Below are positions 36,947 through 50,684 of a stretch of DNA of 64,000 nucleotides, piece by piece. Numbering within the stretch: position 1 is the first letter of the stretch; every line of letters starts with the position of its first letter. The position numbers and the translations under genes are program-made. The notes under the pieces are model-generated. The model saw only the letters and a program-made list of their open reading frames with translations, was not told the origin of the DNA and searched no databases. Source of the DNA: Octopus sinensis (taxonomy: Eukaryota); NCBI RefSeq assembly GCF_006345805.1, contig NC_043019.1, positions 9,485,360 to 9,549,359 of the forward strand, given 5' to 3'.

Positions 36947-38734
36947 CTGCGAGAGAAAATATCTGTGTGTGTGCGCGCGCGCACCAACTTATACATACAT
37001 GAATGCATGCAAACAATACATGTATACGCATTCGCAGTTATTAGGCCAGATGAAATCTACAGAGAAAATGTAGAAAGTGAGGGAATGAGAGAGAGAGAGA
37101 GAGAGAGGGAGTGATTTTCAGGTGGCTTTGTGTGGGCTGCTTTTTTCATAAATATGTTGAAGTGCATGTGTGATGTGTGTGTGTGTACGTGTGTGTTCGT
37201 GTGTGTTCGTGTGTGTGTACGTGTGTGTGTGTTCGTTCTGAGTAGGCGCCTGTGTTACCATAGCACCTGTTAACCTCAAAGATTCCAAACTGACACTAAC
37301 ATCCCGCACCCTCCATTCTACAGAGGGGAGAGTGGGTCGGATAAGTTTTACTACAACACTCTTACCTTCCACCCCTTTATTTTCATCTGTCCCAGATATC
37401 CGTTTTGTGGTTCATTCACCGTCAGAACCAGTTGGGACTACTTTTCGCTCTCCATCCCCCCCCCCTCTCTCTCTCTCTCTCTCATATATAACAATCATTT
37501 TGCAGGTTTCAGCTTTGAGTGCGGCCATGCTAGGGCACTGCTTTGAAGGTTTTTTAATCGATCATATTTCTGTCTGTTTCCTTTCTTCACGTTTCCCATC
37601 TAACCCTAACCCTAAAACCTTAAAGCTAAAACCAGCACAAACGCACGAACGATGTCATAAATAACAGTGACAAACGAAATATACACCGCCGGAAGTTGTG
37701 TTGACAAACAACGGCAGTAATTTTATTCAGCTAAATACACGTCATTGATTGGTTGAAATGACCGAAATACGACAACTTTAACACGAAATAACTTTGAAAA
37801 TATAAACTTTTCTCAACAACACTAAGAGGAAAATATGTTTTATATGACACATTCTACCAGTGTCCGAAGTGTTTAGTTACAAAAACTTAATTTCTCGATC
37901 TGCCGTTGAAAGGGAAAAGATCCCCGCCTTGTTGAGCGGTGGTGTCAGACTGTCGCAGTACATGTGAAAGGTATTTGAGCAACGTGCCAGGTAGTGGGAT
38001 TGAAACTGGAACCACACAGTCATGCCTGACGATAGGCATACAATGGATGGACCGATGGCATGGTCGTTTCTTTGAACTCAGTGAATATGAAAGAATGTGA
38101 AGATATATGTCAAGTGCTGAGAGGCGAGAAGTGTCAAAGGGACCAGAATGAAGAAGAGGGTCTACCATTTCTATTAATACGTGTGTGTGTGTGTGCTTGC
38201 CCGTGTGTGTGTGCTTGCCCGTGTGTGTGTGTGCTTGCGTGTGTGACCGATTTTAGGAACGAAGAATAATGACAAATATGGGTAAATAAATAGATAAAAG
38301 AATGGTAGCATAAATTGCGCTTCCTTTTATTCTGTCGTACAAATACTGTACAGTGTTTGAAGCTTGACTCCTCGATCCTCACGTTTGTCCTTTCACTTCA
38401 CCATCAACGATGATAGATGCAGTGGTGCACATTATATACACAATGTGGCCAAGAGAAAATGGCACAGGGTTGCGTTCTGTCAACTCAATGCAAATAGTCT
38501 CTCGTGTATAATATGAATTGCAATAACCTTCGATCAACTTAAATTATGATCTTAGCATCGACCGGTTTAACTCCCCATCCCTGACCTTCAAGTGTCTTTT
38601 TGCGAACATTTGGGTCGCATCTCCAGTCTGAGAAGAATTATCTCCCTTCTTCCCCCCAATTCTGGGGATCCCGAATAACAAAAACAAAACAACAAAAACC
38701 AACGATGCTCTTCTTCCTCTGAGCGATGTTCTTT

Positions 38735-39120
38735 TATGTTTTACTCGTTTCAGTCAATGGTCTGCGGCCATGCTGGGGCACTGGCTTGAAAAGGTTTAGT
38801 CGAACAAATCAATTCTCATTATCTTTTTAAAAGCCTCGTATTTATCGGTCTTTTCCCGAAAGGATAAGTTATACGGGGGGGGGGTTAAACAAACCAACAC
38901 AGGTTGTCAAACAGTGGTGAGAGACAAACACAAAGACGCACACACACACACACACATATATACATACACAAAGCGGGCTTCTTTCAGTCTCCGTCAATCA
39001 AATCCACCCACAGTCCTTAGTCGACGGGTGCTACTGGAGAAGACCCTTGCCTTTGCCCCAATAGCCGCGCAGCGAGACTGAACCAGTCACCATTGATTCG
39101 GAAGCAAACCACAGACACGA
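38735..39120 (-). mobile_element. SINE family B
   Basis: tactcgtttcagtcaatggtctgcggccatgctggggcac...gggcttctttcagtctccgtc...cgcgcagcgagactgaacc. Confidence 0.85.
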
Positions 39121-39179
39121 ATCGACGCCCATGTCACGCCTGCGCCTAGAAAAGGAAATGTTTTGAAATAGGAGTCAAA

Positions 39180-39340
39180 TCCCCCTCATATCACACACTA
39201 TACCGTTTAAAAGAAAGTAAAGAAGGAAGGATAAACCCGGACAATATACAAAGGTGGTGCGGAGATGATTGCAAGTGGGATTTCTTTAATCCTAGATCTG
39301 TTCCATCAAACCTGACCTGGGGTTAAACAACAACACATAA
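39180..39340 (+). mobile_element. Repeat family D copy
   Basis: tcacacactataccgtttaaaag...cctgacctggggttaaacaacaac. Confidence 0.55.
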
Positions 39341-39341
39341 T

Positions 39342-39900
39342 TTGTTCCTTTTCTTTCCTTTCAGCTCTTCGTTTTCCCCTTTATTTTCCCGTTTTTCTAA
39401 TTTCCTTCTTCGTTGTGTAATTCCTATTGTTCTTCTTCTTTTGTATTCTTCGTTCTTCTTTCCTCGCCTCCACCCCCCTCTCAACCCCCCCCCCCCACCA
39501 CGTCTCCATTCTCTTTCATTTATATTCTTGATTTCCTTTCTCCTCAGCCGCTACTTTCTTCTCTCCTCCAAATACTATAAACTACGGTTTTCTTTCTTCC
39601 TTCCTTTTTCCTTCCCTCCATATCTTTCATTCAGCTCGTTTTCCTTCACTCTGCTCACCTCCTCTATCACATCCATTGACTTTCACTTTCACTTTCTCTT
39701 CTCTTCTTCCATATCTTTCAATCAGTTTTTCTCCCTCTCCTCATCCTCAGTTCCATTCTCCTCCTCCGCCCTCCGCCCCCCCCCACTAACATCTTCATCT
39801 CGTCGCAGTCGTCTGCTTCTTTCTTCTCCTTTGTTCCTCTTTCCCCTTAATCTCCACCATTCCATCTCCAGTCTTTCATTCAGCTATCGTTCTGTGTCAT
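39342..39900. repeat. Polypyrimidine (CT/CTT)-rich low-complexity tract
   Basis: Directly visible; source of spurious F/S/L-rich ORF. Confidence 0.9.
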
Positions 39901-40495
39901 GCAAACTCCATTTACACGAAATAGACTCCATACGTCAGTAATCCCCACAGAATAACGCTTCCAATTATCGGAATGAAAAGAATTTCTGTTGTTGCTATCG
40001 CGAGCGCAGTCGGCAGTGCGTCAGTCTCATCAGTTCAGAAACGATTGTTGTTGTTGTTATTATTATTATCATTATTATTAAATCAGTTAACGAACAATAA
40101 CATTAGTTACAACAACAACAACTGCGTTCCAAACGAGGAATTTTAGACTTGAGAGGAGTAACAGCACCCAAATACTCTTCAAATCTACCCTTTGCTCTTT
40201 TAAAAGGACAAAATAAAGGGAAACACTTTGGATAAATTAGGGTTCGCTGTTACAACACACACACACACGCCCGCGTACGTGCAAATAAATAAACGAATTG
40301 GATGGTCACAGCTGGAGTGCCTTAGATCAACGCTGATCTGGAAGCTATAACCATGTCTATGTTGGAAATTATGATCGTGATTGTTATTATTATCATTATT
40401 ATTATTATTATTATTATGTCCCCATTTTGATCGATGAACGCGTCACCTTTTTATGCACTCTTCAATGACTTGGGTCCCCGTAACCAATAAAAGAA

Positions 40496-40543
<48 letters not shown>

Positions 40544-40548
40544 GCTAC

Positions 40549-40738
40549 GGTGAGCTGGCAGAATCGTTAGCCCGCTGGACGGAATGTTTAGCGGTATTTC
40601 GCCCGTCGTTACGTTCTGAGTTCAAATTCCACCGAGGTCGATTTAATTCGATAAATTAAGTACCAGTGAAACACTGGGGTCGAGGTAATCGACTTATCCC
40701 CTCCCACAAAATGGCTGCCCTAGTGGCAAAATTTGAAA
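40549..40738 (+). mobile_element. SINE family A with intact head, followed by a decayed second copy (about 40750-40940)
   Basis: ggtgagctggcagaatcgttagc...gagttcaaattccaccgaggtcga...ctggggtcgaggtaatcgac. Confidence 0.9.
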
Positions 40739-41049
40739 ACGTTATAATCATCATGGTGGCGAGCTGAATCATTAGAGAGTCTGAAAAAAGTGCCTTCGAG
40801 TTCAATTCCCGCTGAGGTCAACTTTACCTCTCATCCTTTCAGGGCCGATACAATAAAATATCAGTTAGGTGATGGGTCATTCCGATCGACTATCTCATTC
40901 CCTTAAAATGTCCGGTCTTAAGCCTAAACTTGAAACAATTCTTCCGAAAGAATGAAAGTTGATCTCAACGGAACATAGACACGGATGAAATTCCACAAAG
41001 CATTTTGTCCGGCATGCTAACGATTTAAGCAGCTTATCAACACTTTTTA

Positions 41050-41250
41050 AAAATTGTTTCAATTTAGGCGCAAGGTCAGCAATTTTAGCGGGAAGGGATT
41101 AGTCCGATTACATTGTTACTTATTTTATTGACTATGAACCGATAAAAGCCCAAGTCGACCGGGGCAGAATTTGAACTCATAACGTGAAGAACCAGAAAAA
41201 GTGCCGCTAAGCATTTTCACTGATGCGCTGACGATTCTACAAAGCTCGCC
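41050..41250 (-). mobile_element. SINE family A
   Basis: gtcgaccggggcagaatttgaactc...ctcgccgcc. Confidence 0.75.
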
Positions 41251-42223
41251 GCCGACTTAATAATGATGATAATAATAACAGCAACAACAACAACAACAAC
41301 AATTGCGAGACTAGCAATGACTGCAATAATAACAAGATTAAATAAGGTTTTATAGTTTCGACTAACTTACGGGTTTTACACAATTACCGTTTTAATTAGA
41401 ATATTCCCAAAACGAAATAAATGAAATAAAAAAAAACATGAAAATTAACTTGAAAAAATAAAAATACTTTCCTAATACAAAAATAAGTAAATAAATCAAT
41501 CGTCTCCTTCCCCAAATCTGTCCCTTTTCTCCTTCGACCACCAACCACCACACTAGCATTGAATGGCGTATGCTTTAAATTTTCTCTGATTGCCTTCAAC
41601 GAGGGAAATTGAGGAAACGAATAGAAAAAAAAATATTAAGAGAAAAGAAATGAAGAAAACATGAATAAAAACTTAAATTCCCTATTAATATCGACTTTCC
41701 TTTTTTACTTTTATTGAATCATTTTGTTTCATTTTCCCCCCTTTCTTCCGATCAATACACATCCATCCAAATCTCAAATCAACCAGAAATGGTGGCCATA
41801 CTTAGTTATTGCTTTCCTTTATTTAGCCTTTTTTTTTAGTATTTATTTGCTGTTTTCTTTTTTCTCCTTTTACCTGTTTATTTCCTTTCTTTGGTTTTAT
41901 TTGGGAAGCTGATCCTATTAAATCTAGATTTATTATCATTGTTGTAATGCTCTCTTTCGTTGCTTTATGTTCTGAGTTCAAATCCCGCAACGAGATTTGT
42001 TGACTCTGCCGTTCGCACTCTCTCTCTCTCTCTCCCCACCCGGCCAATAAAACAGCATCAACCAAATGCGGTCTTCATTCAACTCATTACATCTTTTCCG
42101 TTCAAAATTCGTGACCTTGTGCCAAGGTTATTTTTATTACAATACAATCAATAAAATCGTTATCCGGTCAATGACTGGTATTCACGAACTCAGTAAAAGG
42201 GAAGGAAAATATGATGACACGCC

Positions 42224-42267
<44 letters not shown>

Positions 42268-42269
42268 GG

Positions 42270-42475
42270 TTTCAAATTTTGGCACAAGGCCAGCAATTTC
42301 GAAAGAGTGGATAAATCGATAAGACCGATCCCAGTGCGCATCTATTTATTTTATCGACCCCAAAAAGATGAAAGGCAGAGTCGACCTCAGCGGAATTTGA
42401 ACCCAGAACATAAAGACTTATAAAATGCAGCTAAGTATTTTTTTTCCGGCTTGCTAACGATTCTGCCAGTTCGCA
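42270..42475 (-). mobile_element. SINE family A
   Basis: aaattttggcacaaggccagcaatttc...gtcgacctcagcggaatttgaacccagaac...ctaacgattctgccagttcgc. Confidence 0.85.
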
Positions 42476-42861
42476 ATCGTGATGAAGACGACGATGATGG
42501 TGATGGTTTCTTTAACTCAAACCTTAATGATCATATTGCTGTGTAAAGGTGACCTGAAAAACACTCGAGTTAACTGTTCGATTAGAAATAGAATATACTA
42601 TAGCAATGGAAGAATATGTCCATCATTGTAAGAGTACATGGCACCGCTGGAACGATACACAAGCGTGTGTGTAAAGACATTAACAGATTACCCCTGAAGA
42701 TGATCAATGGCACGTTCCAGAGAATATCAATACCTCATAAATATCAGGAGAGTCTCACAGAGCATTGTTAGTTAGCTTTGGATATTTTTGTGTATGTCTT
42801 CCAATTGCTTTTGATGTAAGAAAGACCCCCCATTAATAATAATAATAATAATAATAATCAT

Positions 42862-42927
42862 AAATTTTTCTCTTATTTTCCAGGTAAGTTGGAGTTTTAA
42901 ATGTTTCCTATTTGGCGGAAGGTAAGA
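42862..42927 (+). other. Candidate recursive splice site (AG|GT) with 38-nt RS-exon
   Basis: tttttctcttattttcCAG|GTAAGT at 42881-42889 and a second donor AAG|GTAAGA at 42919-42927. Confidence 0.45.
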
Positions 42928-42970
42928 TTTCTGTTTCGTGAGCAGTTATTATGTATATGAGAAAGAGAGA

Positions 42971-43023
<53 letters not shown>

Positions 43024-44533
43024 TGTATGTGTGTGTGTGTGTTCTTATTATTATTGATATTTTGGGCACTTTACACAGGGTAACACTAAAAAACGGATCA
43101 AGTTTGCAGCATTGTTCTATGTTTTTCCATGCTACATTACATAATATCCAGTGCTAGAATTTAAAAACAACCTCAGGCTTTCACAGTTACCCATAAATGA
43201 ATCGACGAAGCCGACACGCGGCTTTTTGTGTTGATTTTGAATAAAATTACTTGTCCTTGTAAAAAAGAAAAAGACGAGGTTGTTTGATAGATAAATTAAT
43301 GGCTTTGTAAAAGATCCTTTGTTATTAAGTAAAGAATTCAAAAACTGTCAAATTACAAACAAGAGAAACGTCTTGCAGGAACATCAGTTTCCTTTCCATC
43401 CCACACCAATACAACCTCATGAATTTGACAGAGATCACCACTCGTTTCCTTGGATTTTGGATTTTACCAAGAATTTTTATAGTGAATTTCGTAAACGAGT
43501 TCATATATTTGGAAACGCCAGGATATTCATATCCCTTCTGAGCAAGAACTTGTGGCAAACTTCTGAACTGCCCAAAATAAGTTTTGCTGACACAATTCAT
43601 CGATTATCTCACCTGCTGTTTGGTTACTGACTGATTCCTTTCAATCAGTTTTCCTAAAACCACCACCAATTTACACGTTGTTGTTCGAACTGGAGAACAG
43701 GCAAATCGGATACATTAGGCTAAGGCAAGTATGGGAAACCTTTTTCGAGAAGCGGCCCCATCAGACATGGCTCATCATCTGATGGGCCGCTCTGTTAAAA
43801 CGAGTGAAGGTAGTTTTTTGTTAGTCGTGCTATTCAGAAACTCCTGGGAACCACATGCAACCCGCAGGTTGTCTATGACTTGTCTAAAGGCAACGGGTTT
43901 GGAGAATGTAAGAGTCGAGTCTAGATTCTGACCACATTACATACATTCCCGTCAGATCCTCCTTCCACTACGTATAAGAAAATTAAAAATAAACAAAAAA
44001 GCAACTCTAGTTCAAGAAAAACTATAAATGTTTGTATGTCACAAAAGAAAAACAACGAAAAAATCCTGTCCCACTTTGAGTATGAAAGGAATATAAAAAT
44101 TGAAAGTAGAGTATTTTAAGATTATATTCATTCGCTTTCTATATTTAAAATTCATTGGTTAAAGTACAAAAGCCAGACTGTAATGTTTGCTGTATAAAAC
44201 ATTTGTTTGTTTTACATTTTGAGTTACATTGAATTCATTTCCAAGATTTTTGTATTTTATTCCACTTGATATTTATTTCCCGCATTGCATAATTTTACAT
44301 TTGTAATGTCACACACTTGTCAACGACACACATTGCCGGATTTTGACAGGGAAAAGTGCAGACAATCTGTAGTCTCATCTATAATATAGTCGCCGGACAA
44401 GCGAGTGAAAACCACACAACAGAAGTCATATTGTTACCGTTTTGAGTCCCGCCAGGGGCCGGCTGTTATTCCTCTCTCAGGTTGCTGGTGGTTATGTCTT
44501 AATACCATTTATAAGAAATTCATACCCGTCATC

Positions 44534-44583
<50 letters not shown>

Positions 44584-44931
44584 TATGTACATTTATTATG
44601 TGTGTGTATGTGTATGCATGTGAGTGAGTACGTATACATACATACATACATACATACATACTCATTTATATATGTATTTATTAAATGCTTAAATATGTCG
44701 ATACACATATTTATCCGTGTGTGCGTGTGGAATATATTGATGGTGTATTTGCAGCTAATAATTACATACAAAAACTTATCCCTAACATAGAGCAATATTA
44801 TTTATTTATTTATCATTTGTCGCCATTTTAAATCTTCTGTTACATGAAACTGCAAGTTTCATGCCCAAGACAATCTCCAGACGGAGGTGGCCGGTAAAAA
44901 TAACTCTGGCTAGTCGGATGATACAGCACCC

Positions 44932-44974
<43 letters not shown>

Positions 44975-45327
44975 AGTATATATATACACACACACACTCA
45001 CCAAGTAATATGATGATGCTATGAAATAACTTGTGATACTAAACATAATCCCAGAACATGTATTCTTAAAAGAAATAGGAGTGGAAAATGTTTAACCCTT
45101 GGGCAAGTTAACTTCTGCTGTTTATCCTCAGGAGATATAAACACCACACACACACACACACACACACGCACACACACACACATGCATACGGAGCATATAC
45201 TTCTCAAATTCCAAACAGCCTTGTATTATTTATGTTACTTACAGGGTGTGCGTGCGCGCGTTTCGTATAGATATAAATGAACATACAAAGATACAAATAC
45301 CTATAAATGCTGATACACTCACGCACG

Positions 45328-45359
<32 letters not shown>

Positions 45360-46669
45360 CGTGTGCGCGTGCGTCATACACAGAGCAACTGGAATTTGAT
45401 TCACAACAATCTTTACTATTCAATCGTCATCGTAGCATATTGAGTTCTTTCATGTGGCTCACAGTTTCGGAAAATGGAGATTTGGATCATAAGAGCGAGT
45501 TCCACTTTAAAGCAAAGACCCACTTCATACTGCCTGTTAGAAATTAACCCGTTTAACAAAATTGTCATCTGCAATGCAGCTTCAAGGTCAATCTTGTTAT
45601 CCATAACGAAAAAGCATCGGTGACCGACTGGCGTTGAAATATAATCTTTGTTCTGCGGTCACAGAAGGCAAGCAGAAAGCGAAAAAAATGAAGTCGGGAC
45701 ACACAAATATACACGTGGAAACCGCATTTTGTTTAAAGCCTCTCTTCCCGTGTCAGTCAATACCGAACAGTCATACTCGCTTATATCACAAAAGCATCTT
45801 TTTTGTATCTGGTTTGCAACATTCTTTGTGTGGCTCTGTATATTGACGCTCCCCAGACACAATACACAAAAATACTTTAAAAACCTATACACACACGTAC
45901 ACAAATATGCACACACGTGTATATAGATACACACACAAACACATTATTCATTCATTTCTCTCCGACATATCAAACTAAATACTAAATAAGGTAACAAGTG
46001 CTACATTCAATTCTAAGGAGAAATTTTAAACTTTAAACGAATTCATTGAATTCTTCAAGTACAAAATATAAAAGAATCTAAAAGAATGATTCAATTTCAC
46101 TTCTTTTTAATATTGGTAAAATCTGGATGAAATAAAGAAGAGGAAGAGGGGAAGTTTTATTATTCGTGTTCTTTTTTTTTTTTATCTGATTTCGAAATCT
46201 TTTATGTTATCGTTTCTTTTTGTTTTGTTTTTGTTGGTTTGTTATTGCTGTTCCGTTTCCTTCTTTTTTTTTTTCCTTTTACCATTTCTTAGTAGTTTCA
46301 GTGACATTTAACATTCTTAAAGAAAATGTCACCATGAAAAACGCGGTAAGAAAATGACACGGCAACACAATGAAAACAGCTCTTAACTTCTTGTTCATCA
46401 TAATTATTGCTGTTGTTGATTTTATCATTATCATCATCATCATCATCGTCGTTTATTTATTTATTTATTATCATTATTCAATACAATTGATGCAGCACTT
46501 TCCACAATGTGGTGTCGAGTCATCTTGTATTTCTAAATCTTTGTCATTTTCGTTGTTGATGTTGTTTGTGCCCTTCTTCAAGCTGCCTGAAAACAGTAAA
46601 TAAAAAGAAAAAATGGTATTTAGTTACATCTCTCTACATCATTCTAAATTCATATTCCACGTAGATAGA

Positions 46670-46775
46670 TTTCGACTTTCCGCCTTCCTGGGGTCAATAA
46701 AAAGATGGCGTGTGGCTCACGCGAATAACTGTTCGATATTTGTGATTGATTGCACTCGGCCATGAACGGCAATAG
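46670..46775 (+). promoter_or_regulatory. Small CpG-rich island with YY1-like AAGATGGCG and ETS-like CTTCC motifs
   Basis: ttccgccttcctgggg...aaaagatggcg (46702-46710); immediately precedes the CpG-depleted domain. Confidence 0.3.
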
Positions 46776-46851
46776 TTTGTGCTTATATTTGAAACACACA
46801 CACAAACACACGTACATGTGTGTGTATGTGTCTGTCTATGTATGTATTTAT

Positions 46852-46911
<60 letters not shown>

Positions 46912-47072
46912 GTATATATACATGTATATATGTTTACATATATATACACACACATGTATGTGTGTGTGTGTGTGTGTGTATGTATGCATAAGTATGTTTT
47001 TGCATGTATGTTTATATATAAGCATGTACATATATGCATGTATGTATATGTACGGATATATGTGTGTGTGTG

Positions 47073-47310
47073 TTCCTTCAACAGCTAGGGTGTGACACTT
47101 TTTCACAGAGCTGTCCTCATCCATATGCATCATATGACCATACCAGCGCAGCCGTCTCTCTTGCACACCACATCTGATGCTTCTTAAGTCCAACTTTACT
47201 CTCAGTGCGCTTACACTCTGTCATGTATGCACACTGACATTACACATCCAGCAGAGCTTACTGGCTTCATTCCTTGCAAGCTTATGCATGTCTTCAACAG
47301 TCACAGCCCA
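47073..47310 (-). pseudogene. RTE-group LINE ORF2 C-terminal fragment
   Basis: DLRSIRCGVQERRLRWYGHMMHMDEDSSVKKC; homologous to 51750-51900. Confidence 0.85.
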
Positions 47311-48323
47311 TATATATGGTATATATATACTATATATGGTAAAATGTTTTTATTTTTTCATTTCGTTCCTGTCGAATTTTATCCCTAATTTTGTGGTTAT
47401 AGAGCTTAGCTGTTCTTTCTAGCATGTTGAATCTCACGAGTGGATTCCTTATGTGTTTAAATGTACACTGTATTTTATGACTGATACATAGTCTTTGGAG
47501 TAAATTTATTCATGCTAGGCCACTGGAAGGGAAAATTTCTATTAATTTCCATTTCCCTTTGATATGATTAAATACACACACACACACACACATATATATA
47601 TATTTTTTTTATTAAAGCCTATTATATCACCTATAATATCAAAGTCTATTATATCACCTAGCGAGGTTTCTTCTGGATTTGATTTCATTATATCATTCCC
47701 CACCCACTAGGGACCAGTGCAGAAAAGTATGCTGAAATGATTGTTGTGATAAATAAAGTTTCCAGTACACTTTGTACTGTATATATATATATATATATAT
47801 ATAGTAGAAATTCTGTGTACCACGAGATGCATGACTGCTAGAGTTATGGTTTACATCTATAATGTTGAGCATCTGTAATCTGTAATGCATTTGCAACACC
47901 TATTGCAGGGTTCCAAATAACCATAATGGTGAAACACATGTAAGAACTTTAATATAAATTTGTATTCATCCTTATTTTTCATACACACACACACACACAC
48001 ACACATATGAAACAAGCCCACAAAATTACTAAAAAAACACAAAATTGGTGAATGTGATGGTGGTGGTGGAGGCAGCTCCAGTTTATGTGGGTTGGGGGGG
48101 TGGGGGTGATGATATGGAATGGTGTTGACTTAATAATGAGTTGCTTTGAGGGATTTTACAGGGTTGTGGTGGGGGAGCCAATGTTTTGATGTTGTGGGTG
48201 TGTTTGCTGTTGTTAGTTTCCTATGTGGTGGTTGTGTTGATGCTTGCGGTGGTATTGCAGAGAGAATCATTTAGTGGCACAGGATAAACATACACATGTA
48301 TACATTCATCACTGTATGTATGC

Positions 48324-48354
<31 letters not shown>

Positions 48355-48574
48355 AAGAGAGAGAGAGAGAGGTGAGAGAAGGAGACAGTAAAACAGAGAG
48401 TGGAGGCTAGAAAGAAATGTGCATGGGAGGGGGAGTTGGTATGCAGTGGTGGTGGTATGAGGGAAGGTTAAATTGTGGAGGAAGATATATGGCAGGTCAT
48501 CTTGCAGGTGAAAGAGTTGATGAAAAAGTAAACATTCTTCCTTCTCCGCCCCCCCCCCCTACTGTCCTACTTAC

Positions 48575-48837
48575 CATCTGCATCACCCAGCAGCATGCCC
48601 ACACATCCCCAACAGCTAGATACCACCAGCACCACCACCATTACTACAAACAGTGAAATGGCAAGAAAACCTGGAATGGAAACAAGTATTGGTGAAGGTG
48701 GTGGTGGTGGCGGTGGCGGCGGTGGTGGTGGCGGTGGTGGTGGTGGTGGTGGTGGCGGTGGCGGCGGTAGTGGTGGCGGTGGTGGCGGTGGTGGTGGTGG
48801 TTGCAAAGAGGAGAGGTTATTTCTAGCAGACATTTAA
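48575..48837. other. Exon-like island with (GGT/GGC) x35 repeat: poly-Gly on plus or poly-Pro on minus
   Basis: Plus: acceptor cacccag|cag, ORF ending G34-rich run-CKEERLFLADI*, then AATAAA. Minus: poly-Pro plus hydrophobic FLAISLFVVMVVVLVV and donor atg|gtaagt. Confidence 0.3.
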
Positions 48838-48877
48838 ATAAATGTAGGAACACACAGCTGTTTTAGGATAGATGTTC

Positions 48878-48911
<34 letters not shown>

Positions 48912-50059
48912 ACAGAAGGATTGACAGTTATATAGATCGAGACATAGACACAGATAGATAGAGAGATATACACCAATACATACACACAGTTGGATATATA
49001 AATAGATATGCAGACACAAATATACATTATGCATACATCATGTCTCTCTCTATCTCCGTACACACACACACACACACACACATATTAATATATATACTCA
49101 TATGCACACACATTAAAACATACATAAATACCCATCGTATCTGCAGACATACTTGCAAAGGTGTGTGTGTGTGTGTGTGTGTGTGTGTCTTTCTATACGT
49201 TTGTATCTCAACAAACATACAGACGCTTTATGATTCATTTGCCTTTCAAACTAAGAATAATTGCTTTTTTGAAATATTTTTAATCACCAGGAGAGACAGT
49301 GTGAGACATTGACTGGTGAAGAGGAAATGCACACACAAACAAACACACACACACACAATTATGTAGTCATATACACATACAGCATATAACACATATATAC
49401 ACATGCATGCACACGTTTACACACACACACACACGGACAGACACTGTATCATCTCCTACACCCAAACATGCAGATATACATACACTTACATATTTGCATT
49501 CATACGCCAACACAATGTCCAAACACATGCAAATAGTACCGAATGCACACACACACACGTGCACACTATCAATATGCATGCACTTTCATACATAGACATA
49601 CACGTACACGCATGCCAAGGCAGTATTCCAGCTAATTAACAAATGGAATAGAAACCAAACAAAAAAGGAACTAAAACAAAAAAATACTTAGATAACGGGG
49701 GGGGGGACTTAAGAGAGAAGGAAAAGTAGTGGGAGAGAAAGGGAGGAGGTAAAGGTGCAAGGGAGAATAAAGGGAAAAGAGGAGGAAGCAAGTTACAAAG
49801 GTAATTAAAAATATTCTTTTATTGGCCCCATGGGTATCAAATAAGGGGTACATTATTAAAAAGACATGTTACATAATGTGATGGGTTTTATATGAAAATC
49901 AAAAAAGAGGTATAGAGGATATAAAAATAAGTGGTGATGATGACAGCAATGATGATGATGATGATGACGATCCACCTGTATTAGGTGGATCTCCAACTAG
50001 GGTGAGTCAAGGAATTCCACAGATCCCAGGACCCTCCTGACTGCTCCCAAATGAATAAT

Positions 50060-50270
50060 AATTGATTCTGATTTGTGCACAAGGTCAGCAAATTTAGGGC
50101 ATTGGGGCTCAGTTGATCCTATCATCCACCTCATTATTTTATGGACCCTGGAGGGATAAATGGCAAAGTTTATCTTGGCTGCATTTGAATGTAAAAACCC
50201 AAAAGGAATACTGCAAGGCATTTTGTTTGACTCACCAGCCTTAATAAGGGTTTTTGTGATGGGTTGATAC
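50060..50270 (-). mobile_element. SINE family A, CpG-eroded
   Basis: gtgcacaaggtcagcaaattt...tggaccctggagggataaatggcaaagtt...catttgaa. Confidence 0.65.
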
Positions 50271-50684
50271 AAGGCCAGAGATTTACAGAGAGTGGAATGG
50301 TCAGTTAAACTGACCCCTAGTACTTGACTGATATTTAATTGGATCAACACCCAACGGATTTGAAATCAGAATGTAAACAAACATTACACTTCAATAAAGA
50401 AATTCTGTTACTTTTTAAGTTTTTTACTAGATTCAGTGACTGGAATGTGGCCATGCTGGAGTACAACCGTCAAGTGTTTCAGTTAATCATCTTGATCCTA
50501 GTATTTTATTTCAATCTGATTCTTATTTTATCAGTTGCTACCGATCGAATGTCTAAGGCACCTTCTGCCTCACTGGGAAATAACTCAACTGGCATCAACA
50601 AACTTGATGCTTGCATATATTTTGGGAAACACAAATGAAGACAAGATTATGAGAGCTTCAGCACAGTTTTCCACTCACTTGAAA

